Made by a program: the position numbers and the translations under genes. From Macrostomum lignano (Eukaryota), in contig NIVC01001982.1 in the NCBI GenBank assembly GCA_002269645.1, positions 152,295 through 216,294 of the forward strand: a stretch of 64,000 bases of DNA, read 5' to 3'. Under the pieces are notes generated by a model, which saw only the letters and a list, made by a program, of their open reading frames with translations, was not told the origin of the DNA and did no database searches. Shown one piece after another: positions 50,401 to 63,801 of this stretch. Each line of letters begins with the position of its first letter. Positions within the stretch are counted from its first letter, which is position 1.

Positions 50401-53400
50401 CTACACAGAGTTAAGTAAATAGGTAGAATATATATATATAGGAATATAAAATAGACACACAGTGAAGGTCAGAAGGCCCAGATCGAGAGCCAAAGGGTAA
50501 CCGAATCTTTGCCAAACCCTTCCACTTTCAGACAACTGTAGAAGGCTGACTGCGGGTTCTATTTTTAATGTAAACACACACAAAAATTATAACCACAATT
50601 CTTAATTTTGATTACACCTGCCCTAATGGCCAGATATGCAACCGACAGCTCAGCCGCGCTATTGCGCGGCGCATCTGAAGGCCGTCGCCACACACCCTCA
50701 ATTACCCCAGCTAATGCTGGCGCCCATTCTACAGCTGGGTGAACTGAAGCAATGCAGAGTTAAGTGTCTTGCTCAAGGACACAAATTGTTCCGAGTAGGT
50801 CGAGAATCGAACCCCCGACCTTTCAGTCGTGAGTCCGACGCTCTGACCACTAGGCTACAAGCCTGCAGTGCGTGTCTGTGCGTGTTGTCCGAAAGTGGCC
50901 GGGATTTGGCTAGAGAGTTGTTAACCCCATCAGTGCTCTGCATGTTGGGCCTCCTTGCTGGGATAGCATAATAGCACAAGCACTACAAACAGCATGCACT
51001 AAGCTAATTACAGGCAGGACAAACAAACAGGATCTCTCTTCAAAACCATACTGACTACCTGCTCGATTACTAGTAGTAGCAGCAGTAGTAGTTGACTTGC
51101 TTTCGTTACAGCCAGACAGCTGACTACGACTAGTATGCCCATATTTTTGTTTGTGTTGCTGTTGTTTCTGCTGCTGCTGCTGTTGCCAACCAGACGGTGA
51201 ACTGCGAGATCGCGAGATGCCTTCGCCGCTATCAGCGCCGCAACCTGCCGAGGACTGCGGCAACCTCAAGTACCTGCCGCGACGTTTACCGCTACTACCA
51301 GCCAGCAGAGCCGTAAGATAGCGCCTGCCACCTTCCAGCTTGCTTACAACGCCGCTATTGCCGCTATCATCGGAATCCTCTCCAGCATCAACAAAATCCT
51401 CAGAATCTTCATCATCATCATCCTCATCATCGTAATCGAACTCATCCGAGTCGCCATTCTCTTTTGCCGATAGTTTCTGCCCATTGCTGCGATTTCTACG
51501 AAACCTGCTGTTACCGCTGGCGCCAACTGTTGATGGCGGGAATCGCCAGACTTGAGTCTCAAGTCCGGCTGGATTTTTCATTGTAGAGTTTGAACGGGCA
51601 AAACCTGATTGAATTCACAGTGCAGTTTTGTGTTCAATGCGAATTGCGAATACTAACGATATGTAGTGATGCTTTCGCTTCGCATTATCAATAAGTCAAA
51701 CTGAGTCAAATTGGAGCGCGTTATAAAACGAGTCGCATTAGGTCATAAAAATGCTCGAATAAATTAGAGGAAAACTGGGTCATATCATGGCCTCAAAAAT
51801 GGGTCTTATCCTCAATAAATACATCATATCATCATGGCCTCATTAAATGGGTCATATCATCATGGCCTCATTAAATAGATCATATCATCATGGCCTCATT
51901 AAATGGGTCATATCATCATGGCCTCATTAAATAGGTCATATCATCATGGCCTCATTAAATGGGTCATATCATCATGGCCTCATTAAATAGGTCATATCAT
52001 CATGGCCTCATTAAATAGGTCATATCATCATGGCCTCATTAAATAGGTCATATCATCATGGCCTCATTAAATGGGTCATATCATCATGGCCTCATTAAAT
52101 AGGTCATATCATCATGGCCTCATTAAATGGGTCATATCATCATGGCCTCATTAAATAGGTCATATCATCATGGCCTCATTAAATAGTTCATATCATCATG
52201 GCCTCATTAAATGGGTCATATCATCATGGCCTCATTAAATAGGTCATATCATCATGGCCTCATTAAATGGGTCATATCATCATGGCCTCATTAAATAGAT
52301 CATATCATCATGGCCTCATTAAATAGGTCATATCATCATGGCCTCATTAAATAGGTCATATCATCATGGCCTCATTAAATGGGTCATATCATCATGGCCT
52401 CATTAAATAGGTCATATCATCATGGCCTCATTAAATAGGTCATATCATCATGGCCTCATTAAATAGGTCATACCATCATGGCCTCATTAAATGGGTCATA
52501 TCATCATGGCATCATTAAATAGATCATATCATCATGGCCTCATTAAATAGGTCATATCATCATGGCCTCATTAAATAGGTCATACCATCATGGCCTCATT
52601 AAATGGGTCATATCATCATGGCATCATTAAATAGATCATATCATCATGGCCTCATTAAATAGGTCATATCATCATCGCCTCATTAAATGGGTCATATCAT
52701 CATGGCCTCATTAAATAGGTCATATCATCATGGCCTCATTAAATGGGTCTTATCATCATGACATCATTAAATAGGTCATATCATCATGGCCTCATTAAAT
52801 GGGTCATATCATCATGGCCTCATTAAATGGGTCTTATCATCATGGCATCATTAAATAGGTCATATCATCATGGCCTCATTAAATGGGTCTTATCATCATG
52901 GCATCATTAAATAGGTCATATCATCATGGCCTCATTAAATGGGTCATATCATCATGGCCTCATTAAATAGGTCATATCATCATGGCCTCATTAAATAGGT
53001 CATATCATCATGGCCTCATTAAATAGGTCATATCATCATGGCCTCATTAAATAGGTCATATCATCATGGCCTCATTAAATCGGTCATATCATCATGGCCT
53101 CATTAAATGGGTCATATCATCATGGCCTCATTAAATGGGTCATATCATCATGGCCTCATTAAAAGGGTCATATCAGGACATCACTAAATATCATAAAAGT
53201 GACGTCATAAAACGTCATAAAAGTGACTGCAAGCGGGCCATAAGGACTTTAAGTAAATTAAATCGTTATTGCATAAAAACTGGTCCACCAAGTGCTTCAA
53301 AGAAAGATATTTCGTAAAATTGAATTATAAAAAATCAGTACAAAAACACAATTTTCTACTTGCATAGAATGATAAATTTCAACCACCGTGTTAATATTAG

Positions 53401-56284
53401 TAACACTTCTTAGAGAAAAATATTTTTAATCTTATAGAAAACAGTTACAAGATTACAAATTTCTTTTAACATCCTGTTAAGCTTTTCTTCTCTTCCTTAC
53501 TCTCTTTCTACCGCGTCGTATACTCGTATAGCAGAGTTATAAAAACCCGCTACACGAAGGCCATCACATTATAACTACGCTCGTATGTTAATACCTCTAG
53601 CTAGAACATATTGAAATTTGTAGCAGAAAACTATATCATGCCATGTAGCAGCTATCATTTATAAAGTTATTGGCACTCTGGCATAAATTATGCATAAATT
53701 TAACATGCAGATTTCCTAATGTTTCTGAAGTCTACTGAAGTAAAAATATGTGCACTCACAAAATAGCGAGTATGTTAAATTTAACTCATTTGGCATCTTG
53801 CCAAACGCTGTTAGAATTGAAATTAATCATAGTGATCAGATTTCTGCTACATGAATACCTCTAATCATATCCTGTAACTCTAGGCTGCCTATCCCCTTAA
53901 ATCTATCCCCTACCTACCTCTCCCCTTGCCTACCTCTCCCCTTGCCTATCTCTCCCCTGCCTACCTCTCCCCTGCCTACCTCTCCCCTGTATATCTCTCC
54001 CCTGTCTACCTCTCCCCTGCCTACCTCTCCCCTGTCTATCTCTCCCCTGCCTACCTCTCCCCAGCCTGTCTCTCTCCTGCCTACCTCTCCCCTGCCTACC
54101 TCTCCTCAGCCTGTCTCTCTCCTGCCTACCTCTCCCCTGCCTTACCTATACCTTATCTACTTCTTCCCCTTGCCTACCTCTATCCCTGCCTACCTCTCCC
54201 CTTGCCTACTTATACCTTATCTACTTCTTCCCTATCTACCTCTCCCCTGTCTACCTCTCTCATTTCTACCTCTCCCCTGTCTACCTCTCCTGTCTACCTC
54301 TCCCCTGTTTACCTCTCCTGTCTACCTCTCCCCTGTTTACCTCTCCAGTGTCTACCTCTTCTATAACTAGTGTCTACTCCAGTGTCTACTCTCTACATCT
54401 CCCCTGTCTACCCCTGACCCCTCTACCCAGTCCCCCCTCTATGTCAAGGTTTAGAAAACAAAAACTTTCAGAACATGATCATCCACCATATTTAACAAAG
54501 CAATAATTATATTGATTAAATCACTGAGACAGAACCAGACAGACCCAAACAGCACTCACCGCCAAACCGATTGTCTGTTGTCGACACTGAACGACTCAAA
54601 CTGTCTGGAGAAGCTGCAGCCGCCGGTGCTACTGCTGCGGCAGCGGCGGCAGGACGGCTCCCAGCCGACTGAGTCGAATGGCCATTGGACGCACCGGTAG
54701 CTGTTGGTGCAGCAGAGTAGCCAGTGCTACTATAAGTAGCATTGCCGCTATTGCCATAGAACGGATGAGAATGTTCGTAGAGTCCGGTTGATGGAATCGG
54801 AGGACTTGAGGGCTGATGAGTCTGTTGCTGCTGCGCTTGCGATGAGGTGGACTGTGGGCTTCTGGGAATAGTAGAAATCACAACAATATTATTAGGTTTT
54901 GATAATCCTTAATGTTTTTGATTCAGCTAATACCTAACCTTTTATGACTCAGCTAATCCTTAATCTTTTATGACTCATCTAATCCTTAATCCCTTATGAC
55001 TCAGCTAATCATTGCTCCTTTACGACTCAGCTAATCATTGATACTTTACGACTCAGCTAATCCTTAATCTTTTACGACTCAGCTAATCCTTAATCTTTTA
55101 CGACTCAGCTAATCCTTAATCTTTTACGACTCAGCTAATCCTTAATCCCTTATGACTCAGCTAATCTTTAATCCCTTATGACTCAGCTAATCATTGATCC
55201 TTTATGACTCAGCTAATCCTTAATCTTTTACGACTCAGCTAATCCTTAATCTCTTATGACTCAGCTAATCATTGATCCTTTATGACTCAGCTAATTCTTA
55301 ATCTTTTACGACTCAGCTAATCCTTAATCTTTTACGACTCAGCTAATCCTTAATCTTTTACGACTCAGCTAATCCTTAATCCTTTACGACTCAGCTAATC
55401 CTTAATCTTTTACGACTCAGCTAATCCTTAATCTTTTACGACTCAGCTAATCCTTAATCTTTTACGACTCAGATAATCCTTAATATTTTACGACTCAGCA
55501 AATCCTTAATCCTTGGTTATTCTGCAGTTTAAATAACATTTGCAAAGTCCTAAATATATTAAATAGCTACTCACGGCATGCGAACCCACACTCCGTCACT
55601 GGGATCGCTGGTCTGTTGTTGGTCCGCCCTCCCACCGCCACCTCCATTGCTGGAACCGCCGCCGCCTATTCCAGACTTGACCGAAGGTAGCGGCCTCCTC
55701 TGTTGAGCAATTGCCCGTTTAATATCCCGGATATCATTAGCAATGTCAGCTACCACATTCGGGTTTAGCAGTCCTCCCCCTCCTACAGCACCAGAGTAGG
55801 ATCCACCTGTAGCTCCACTGTCATCATCAAAATCATTATCGCAGTTTTGATTTTCATCATTATCGTAGGCGGAATATTGTTCAAAACCAGCTGTAGCAGC
55901 GCTAGTACTACTGCTAGTAGCTGCTGCGCTGGTAGTTGGTTCGGAAGCGTCAAGAGCAATATCGGTTAATTCTGTATGAAACTCTGGTGCACAAGTGTAA
56001 GCTGATCCAGCGCGTTGAGATTGGTTGCTAGGCAACCGACTCGATGATGGGTAGATAACTTCCTCATTGTCATAATTGTATTTGCCATTGCCATTGTCAT
56101 TTGGTGGTATTGCATTAAGAGACTCGCTAGATGATGAAGAGTTTGCTAATCGCATGCCAACATAAGCATCTGGTTCTGGTGGTGGTGCTTGAGGAGGCTT
56201 TGACTGCTGCTGCTGACCCTGGTCAGATGAAGCAGCCATAGACAGTAGGTGAGGCTGCAGACTATAGTCATTAGTCAGATCCAT
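44401..56284 (-). CDS. APBA (lin-10): X11/Mint/LIN-10 family adaptor, PTB + 2 PDZ (exons 56284-55575, 54861-54560, 51568-51059, 48754-48623, 47846-47695, 46575-46342, 45132-44401; 923 aa)
   Basis: [14 protein letters not shown]...ISYIADIG...[12 protein letters not shown]; [18 protein letters not shown] and [36 protein letters not shown]; exons sum to 2772 nt. The exon 3 donor is the least certain boundary. Confidence 0.93.
45288..46280. repeat. Intronic minisatellite, 28-bp unit with 84-bp higher-order repeat
   Basis: Three 28-bp variants cycle in fixed order at ~45290-45910, then a simple monomer array. Confidence 0.95.
46638..47690. repeat. Intronic (GACA)n microsatellite, about 1 kb
   Basis: Direct inspection. 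Confidence 0.97.
49796..49975 (+). mobile_element. Short tRNA-derived SINE, second family
   Basis: GGGGCCGTAGCCTAGTGG A box, GGCTCGATTCCC B-box-like, CTTA-repeat tail. Confidence 0.55.
50612..50863 (-). mobile_element. tRNA-derived SINE, same family as 36708-36972
   Basis: Head GGCTTGTAGCCTAGTGGTCAGAGCG...GGTTCGATTCTC; shared body and GGGCAGGTGTAA end. Confidence 0.85.
51780..53160. repeat. Intronic minisatellite, 28-bp unit AAATAGGTCATATCATCATGGCCTCATT, about 49 copies
   Basis: Direct inspection. Confidence 0.97.
53905..54410. repeat. Intronic CT-rich repeat (CTACCTCTCCCCTG-type)
   Basis: Direct inspection. Confidence 0.9.
54940..55510. repeat. Intronic minisatellite, 26-bp unit GACTCAGCTAATCCTTAATCTTTTAC
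   Basis: Direct inspection. Confidence 0.95.
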
Positions 56285-59200
56285 TGTGCAATGCAGATCT
56301 ACTGCACCAGCATTTAATAAGCAATTGTTTTATACTTATTGCTTCTATGTTAAAGTATAGAGTGCACAAAGAATGTACACTTATACACACTAATTTTAAT
56401 TAGCTATATACTTGACAGTATTTTTTCTTGATTTTAAATCAATATTTAATTACATAAATTGAGATACAACAGAGAATAGTCAATTTTTAGCTTTAAATTA
56501 TAGTTGAACCTAAAATTAAAGATGGTTGCATGTGATCAACTTTCAGATTATAAAAATCAGGATCCTAATTTTTACTCAGAATTGCTAATAAAAAAGCCAA
56601 TTTTTTTAGAAAACTCTTATATTCAATATAACTAGAAAATATTTAACTTGGCATTAATATTTTAAGTCCTAAGCAACTCTTATTGAACAAGTTAGAAAAT
56701 AAAAGAAATGAAGTCTATTTAGCACTAATTAGATAATAAAGCATCATTAATATATATTATATAATAGCAATATATAATTTTTAATTGGCTTTAATAAGTA
56801 TAAGCAAAAAAGTAACGTCTATATCTGAAACATATGAAAATAATATTAATAATAAAAAATTATATTTGTTATAAATGTTGCTATAAAACTATATAGAAAC
56901 AATTTTTGCAAAACAACAATTTTTTCTTAAATTCAAAAGGATTTAAATTGTTAGTGATTTGAAATAGAAAGGATTCTAGGAATACAAAAAAATTCAAGAA
57001 AAAATCCTAAGACAATTATGTATTGATATTTAACCCTTGTATATTGGGTAATTCTAGTGTTCATTTTGCCTTCTGATCTATGGTGCTAGGTTTTATTTAG
57101 CTAGGGCCTAGGTTTATTTTTTATATAATATAGATGCTATAGCATCTTGACTTTCAAAATTGCAGTTTTGGTTCCACTGGTTTCTAATTAGCTTATTCTA
57201 TCTGTAGTCAGTATAGATATTGCATGTATATTGTAAATAGTTAGTTAAAATTATAGAACCCAGAGCATTTAAACAATATTAACAAAGACATTATTAAGTG
57301 GCGTCCTATCCTTTTCCCTATCCTATCCCAATTTCTAAATAGATAAACAGTTGTAGAAGAAAATGCTTTTTATCCACTTAGCAGAAAAACTATTAGCAGA
57401 CAAATGAACTATTATAGAAACCTTGGCAGCAATGCAGTGTCATATGGTTATCTAGCTAAAAATTAATGTTGATTATGTACAATAACTATAGCATAGTACA
57501 TATATTTGGTAAAATAAATAATGTATTTCTATTTCTCCTTTTATGTATCAACATTGCCAACTAGGCCAAATTAGGCCTATTAATATATTCGTATATATAA
57601 TGTTACATTTATACATCACAAAGTATATTGCATTTTTTACAAAGCCAAATTAAAAATTGTTTGCACTACCTTTGTTGTGAAGTCTATAGCCAGTAGTATT
57701 AACTAGCAAAGAAAAATTTAGCAAAGTATCAAAAGCAATAATAGATTCTATTAAAAAATATAATATAAAAACCAGGACTTTAGTTTATTTACAAAGTCAA
57801 AACTTGAATCTTTAAAAGTTCAATTGAATAGCATTTATTTGCATCTTTAAATGGCAGTTAAACAACACTAATTCACATTAGCTTCTTCTCTTCAGTAATT
57901 TTCAATTTTGTTGTACACCTTCACTTTTTTGCTAAGTGAACTCTGACTATTGCACCAGTGATACAGGGAATTCTAACAAACAATTTAGCCATTACCCTTG
58001 TGTAGCATTCATTATGATTTGAGACCAAGCTGTGTGTGTGTGAGAATAGCAAGAACAATGGGAAAGAACTTTTCTTGCAGCCATTGACCTCAACCCTTAC
58101 AAAATAAATAGCTATCTATTATCATGAAGGTATGCTCTTTTTGATAGACTATAGATAAGACAAACTGCCTTTTGAGGATGACCAAGTTTCTAGTTCTATC
58201 CTTTTTAGCTATAGAAAGTATATCACTTCTAAACCATTAACTTTCAATGCTTACTAGCATTCTTTGCACTTGCACATAGATTTGAAGAGTTTAAAAAAGC
58301 AACTAGGCCTAGCCCCTAATGTAAATGCATTTCTTGCTCTTAATAATGCCAAATATACTAACTAGTAATTTGTGAGCTTTCTTAATTAGTGCAATGAAGT
58401 CCACTTAAATTAGATCATTGCCTTATAACCAAGGACTCTATGTATTTGCACTTGTAGCTAGCTACTTAACTTGGGCCTAAAATTTGCCTAGCAGAATGTT
58501 GTTATCATTCTTGCAGTTGCTATTATCTGTAATTGACAACCTAATAGCCAGTTAAGTTGAGTTAACAGACAAGGATTGCAAAGCTCCCATGGCTTCTTAG
58601 CAGTCATATCTATTATTGAAACTGTCTTTATACTTCTAAAAAAATTGCAAGTAGGCCTATAGTCTAATGATATTTTTTTCTTGAATGCTTTTTATTAAAT
58701 TGTCAATTTTTAGCATTCTGAGTAATTTCTATAGATGATTTTGTCACTTGCTCTAACTTTATACTTTAGCAGTGGTTAGGCCCTACAATGCCTTAACCTC
58801 ACTTTCTATTAACTTACCCGTAACTTGCCCATCTTTTATAATCTATGGCTAGGTCTAGTTATATATATAATATTTGTCTATAGATGTGCTTACAACAATT
58901 AAGCACTAAGGGAAGTGACTTCATTTGCAAAGATAAATGAAGGGCACACTCATAGGGCCTACCCTTTCTAGTCTACCCAAAAAAGAGAATGGGAGTAATA
59001 TATATATCCTCTGCTAAAATATATTTATAGGCCTAGTAGGTCCTAAGTGAAGTGCCATTTGCAAAGTCATCTAGGATAAACAAACATGGCTAAGTGCCAT
59101 TTAGCCTACTTAGTTTTACTTAGTTTTAGGAATCATGCAGTGCATTGAAAAAGTTTTGAATATTTTAAAATTGGCTAAAATTAAATAAAACATCAAGATT

Positions 59201-59647
59201 TACATGCGACATTAATAACTCCTAATCTATTGATCCCTCTCTAAGTTAACTAGACCTAAACAATGGTTTTAGGACTGTTTTATTTTAAACAGTCAGTAAA
59301 ATTAACTATCTGAATTGACTGAATAAAATTATGTTATTATGTTTATAATTTTGTGCCTATTTTTAAAGTCAAAAAATTAAATTATTCAAATCAATTTTAT
59401 TACATTAGCTAGGCCTAGGCCTGGTTAAAAAAATAAATACAGATGCCTGAATGCTTGAATGAATTGAATGCTTGAACCTCAATACCAACATTTTTTATTG
59501 TATTTTTAAACGGAATGGTATAATTTTTCTAAGAACACCCCTAATCAAATACAATACATTTTATACAAAAAATTTAGTACTGACTAAAAAGTGCTAGACT
59601 TTTGTTTCTTTTCACTAAACTTATTATTGCGCATCTGTGTAACTTAC

Positions 59648-59830
59648 TTGGCTTTTGTTATTTTTGCCTTTGCCTCTAGATATATAACAAATATGTAAAT
59701 TCGCGCAAATTCAAGTTTAATAGTTTCGTAGAAAATATTCATTTTAATGCAACAACAGCAGCCTACTACAGCCAAGTCAAGGGCCGCCAAGCCAAGGCCA
59801 ACAAACAACGATTTTTAGTTCTTTTAGTCC
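59648..59830 (-). other. Candidate non-coding first exon of the APBA gene
   Basis: GC-richer island ending in consensus donor CAA|GTAAGT (59647); an acceptor (GTGCAG) lies just upstream of the APBA ATG. Confidence 0.4.
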
Positions 59831-59942
59831 GCTCACTGTCCATTGTCTTTGTATGAACTCAAAATTACTATAGAAATATTGCCCAATTATTAAGTTATTT
59901 TAAACAAATGTTAGCCATAGTTACTATTTTTTACGGTCTGCG

Positions 59943-59997
59943 GTCATTTCGTCTGCCGCCTTTTCGTCTGCCAAAGAATTTTAGCAGACGAAACGAC
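59943..59997. repeat. Small inverted repeat (14-bp arms, 13/14 match), possible mini-MITE
   Basis: GTCATTTCGTCTGC ... GCAGACGAAACGAC. Confidence 0.6.
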
Positions 59998-60069
59998 TTT
60001 TTTATTTATGTTTATTTTGGTTCACAAAAAGTTTCACAAAAATATTGAAATTGAGCCTCTTCACGGCAA

Positions 60070-60400
60070 TCGGTTCTAGAACCAGAATAAATTCGAGTTC
60101 TAGAACCAGAACCAGTGTGAAATGAGGAGCTTAGAACCCATTTCATGTTTGACAGTCTACAATTTAATTTTGTCATTCTTTGACTTTGTTTCCTCTTGGA
60201 TATGACAAAAAAGGAATATTTATATAACAATAATAAAAAATTGCCGATTTCAAATATGTTTACTGGTAAAGTGTAAACATGACAACGGTTCGAGAAAATT
60301 TCTTGAACCATATTCTAGAACCAGAACCATGTTCCAGAACTGATTCTGTTTTTCGAACCATTGATATGAAGAGCGTCAAACTGGTTCGGAACCAGTTCTG
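60070..60400. repeat. Cluster of GAACC/GGTTC motifs, possible transposon subterminal repeats
   Basis: Repeated TTCTAGAACCAGAA and related motifs in both orientations. Confidence 0.4.
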
Positions 60401-63201
60401 TTATCAAACCGGCGATATAAAGAGGCTCAAGGATATATAATTTTTTTTGTAAACTCAAGTCAAAGTTCTAGTTTTTTATTCTTTGATTCTTTGACAGTTT
60501 CTTTCTTTCTTTCTTTGACATAGGTTCTTTGATAATTTTTTTATTCTTTGACATATACAGACTTAGGCCTACTTAGTTGGTGGCTCAGTGCTAACACAAT
60601 AGGGGTAGGCCTAACCAACCCTAGCCATAGTTTAGAAGAAAACATGTATAATATATAATATTTATAATAGGCCTATCTATATATAGAGATTCTAGTTAAT
60701 CTAGCAACAGGACAATCCAGCAAGAGATGATTTGGTGATAGTCAAAATGGTAATAGTCAATCTGAATCTGGCAACAAGGTGTAGTAAAAAGCTATTAAAT
60801 CGGCTAGGGGCCTATTTGATATTTAAACAGATTAGAGAGCTTTTATCTGTATAATTATAATTATTTGAAATTGTTATTTATAGTTAGGGCCTATTAATAA
60901 TCATTATATTATTTTTTAATAAAATAAGGGTATATGTTAGAGTTCCATATATTGAAATTTAGTGGGTAGTGGGTTCAAAATCTTTGGGTTTTAATAGCGT
61001 TTTTTCTTAGGCCTATATTGATAATACTGCTATAAAAAGGGAAAATACATTGAATAATTGATATGTTATTTATTTTTACTAAGGGACAGGACACACATTA
61101 GTTAGGCTATATAAGCAAATGCCAAACCACCTAGTAGTTCCACATTGTAGCTTAATAGAAATATCAATTGGAAGTTAGAACTAGATAGATAGCTCTAACA
61201 ATTGTTACATATAAAAATTAGTACTATTATAATATTAAAATATTTTGATATGATGTACTAAACTATATTAGAAGTATAGCCATAATGTTCAATATTTTTT
61301 TATTACAAAGATACTATCCTAATATGAATTCTTTATATAAGCCTATATAAAATTAAAACTCATGTTAAATTTTGTTTGTATCTTAAATCTATATAAAATT
61401 TATAATATAAAATATATTGCTAGATTGTTATTGCCATTGCCTATTTTGAATATTGTCAGATTATCTGTTGCTAGATTGTCTTGTTGCTATTTTGATTGTC
61501 ACTAGATTGTCTATTGCCAAATCGTCTTATAGCTAGATTGACTAAAAGCCATAAGTACATTAGGATTTCCTGATTTACAACAAGGATATTTCCTAATTTT
61601 CAACCTATATCCACATATATTTTTGGCATACTACATATATGATGCAGTGGACACATTGTGTCAATGACAATTTTTTTTTTAATGTATAAATGAGGTCTCA
61701 TAATTTTTTCTAGCATTAGACTTGGGGTATACTAATAGGCCCACAATTTGAAGAATGGGTAACCAGTCCTTTTGGTTACAATTGTCAATTGTCAATGACT
61801 CAATATCTATACACATGTACTATAGCTATAATATCTATTGTTTATAGAATAAAAAACCTTTGTCATTGTTTACTAACAAATTAGCACTGAAATCTTTAAT
61901 CTTATTAAAGCATCTACTACTGTATATACATTGTCAAAGTCTTAAAGGTAAATGAAATTAGGTCAAAGGTCAGAACAAAAACATCAATAAATATTTGCTA
62001 GATCAAAGCTTTTTATAGTTGTTAGCAATATACATTAATTCTAGATATTTGATTCTACTTTATTATTATTATACTAAAGCCAATTTTTTATATAGCAATA
62101 ATTGTGTCCTTAGTCAAGTGCTACTTATAAAGCATTATATATGTGTGCATATGTTATTTCTTTATAAGTATTGCCTAAGCCTAGGCCTAAGGAACTTTTT
62201 ATCATCTACACAAACTAGAAAATCTATAATATAGGTCTATTTTAGCTTTAGAACTTAGAACTTGAACTATCAGTTTAAAAATTATAGGCCTTATTTCTAT
62301 TATTTTTGTGCTTATACAATTTTTCACTAATTTCTATGGCAAAATTATTTGCCAACTAAGGAATATAAAATCTTTAGTTTTGCCAAGCCTAGGATTCTTT
62401 CAATCAGGATATCCCAGACTTAAAAAATCCTAGGATTCTCAAGATTGAGATATTCCAGACTTTAGGTTTACAAAGGTTTACAAAGAAATATAGGTTTAAC
62501 TGTTTACAAATTCATCTTATCTGGTTTTAAAGGGCCTTCAATAATAAAATTACAATAAAATAAAATATTTTACAAACAACAAACTAACAGTGAGCTGTAA
62601 ATTAGAGTGTAATGTATGGGCTGGCCTAATAGATGTGCTTTTTTGTATGCCAGTATTAGCTTAGGAAAATCATACTTGATTATGATGTAACTTAGGGAAT
62701 GATACCTTATAGAGATATGGTCCATGGTAATGATATCAGGGTAGAGGGGCTTTAAACCTCACCCCGGACAATATTTTCTGAATCTTTGTATCTTAACTCT
62801 TTTCTATTATGTTTAACAAATATTTGTTTGTTTAGAAAAGTTATTGCTTAGTCTAGAAAATCTAGAAAAGTTATTGCTTAGTCTGCAATTAATTATTGAT
62901 ATTTCAATAGTTGTGGCTAAATAAAACTAAGTATGTTAGAAAACTTTTCAATATTTTTCTAAACTGGATGATATTTATTTGATTTATTTCAAAGTAGAGT
63001 TAAAATAATTCTAGAGTCTGGGGATTTCTGCAACTGTTGTGGGTCTTAGAGGCTTTGCAATATGAAGTGATAAGATAGAGATAGGGGTTGCATTTTAATT
63101 GGTATTACATTTTTTTCAAATTCCTGTTCTGACATTGGTTCGACTTGATTAAAGTTAACTACTTTGGTTTAGTTATTTAGTTGAAGACTCCAGTTGTTTG
63201 C

Positions 63202-63801
63202 ATGGCTGAAGGCGCAGAGAGACTGGCCTCTTCTGTCCAGCAGCTGCAGCTTGTAGAGGACGCACCTCTGGATCAGCCATCCTTGGTCGATTGGTCAAAA
63301 TTCTCGTTGCGTAATGCTGAACTTTGCGCACAGTGGCACGGCACCTTCGGCCGTGTCATGGTCATCCGAGAGAAAAACACTGATGAATATTTTGCGCTGA
63401 AAATTCTAGTTATTGACGATGTGATGCGATTGAAGCAGGTGGAGCATGTCAAGAATGAGAAAGCTATATTGAACACCGTGAGTCACCCATTCCTAGTGAA
63501 GCTGTACTGGACCAATCACGACATTAAGTTTCTCTACATGGTGTTCGAGTTTGTCTGCGGCGGTGAGATATTCTCCTATTTAAGAACATCGGGTACTTTT
63601 TCTAATGCTGCCACGCTGTTCTATGCTGCGGAGATTCTGTCAGCTATCATGTACCTGCACGACATGTCAGTTGTGTATCGGGATCTGAAGCCGGAGAATC
63701 TGCTACTTGATGCTCGGGGTCATTTGAAGATCACGGACTTTGGTTTCGCTAAAGTGCTGAAGGATAGGACTTATACTATGTGCGGCACGCCGAGTATCTG
63801 G
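63202..63801 (+). CDS. PRKX: PRKX / PKA-C3-like Ser/Thr kinase, first visible coding exon (partial gene)
   Basis: GTFGRV, ALKIL, RLKQVEHVKNEK, LVKLYWT, YRDLKPENLLLD, TDFGFAK, DRTYTMCGTP; donor GTGAGT at 63802; small homopolymer deletions. Confidence 0.85.

Noticed and set aside
50790-50863. tRNA gene
   Set aside because: The tRNA-like head continues into a SINE body shared with 36708-36972.
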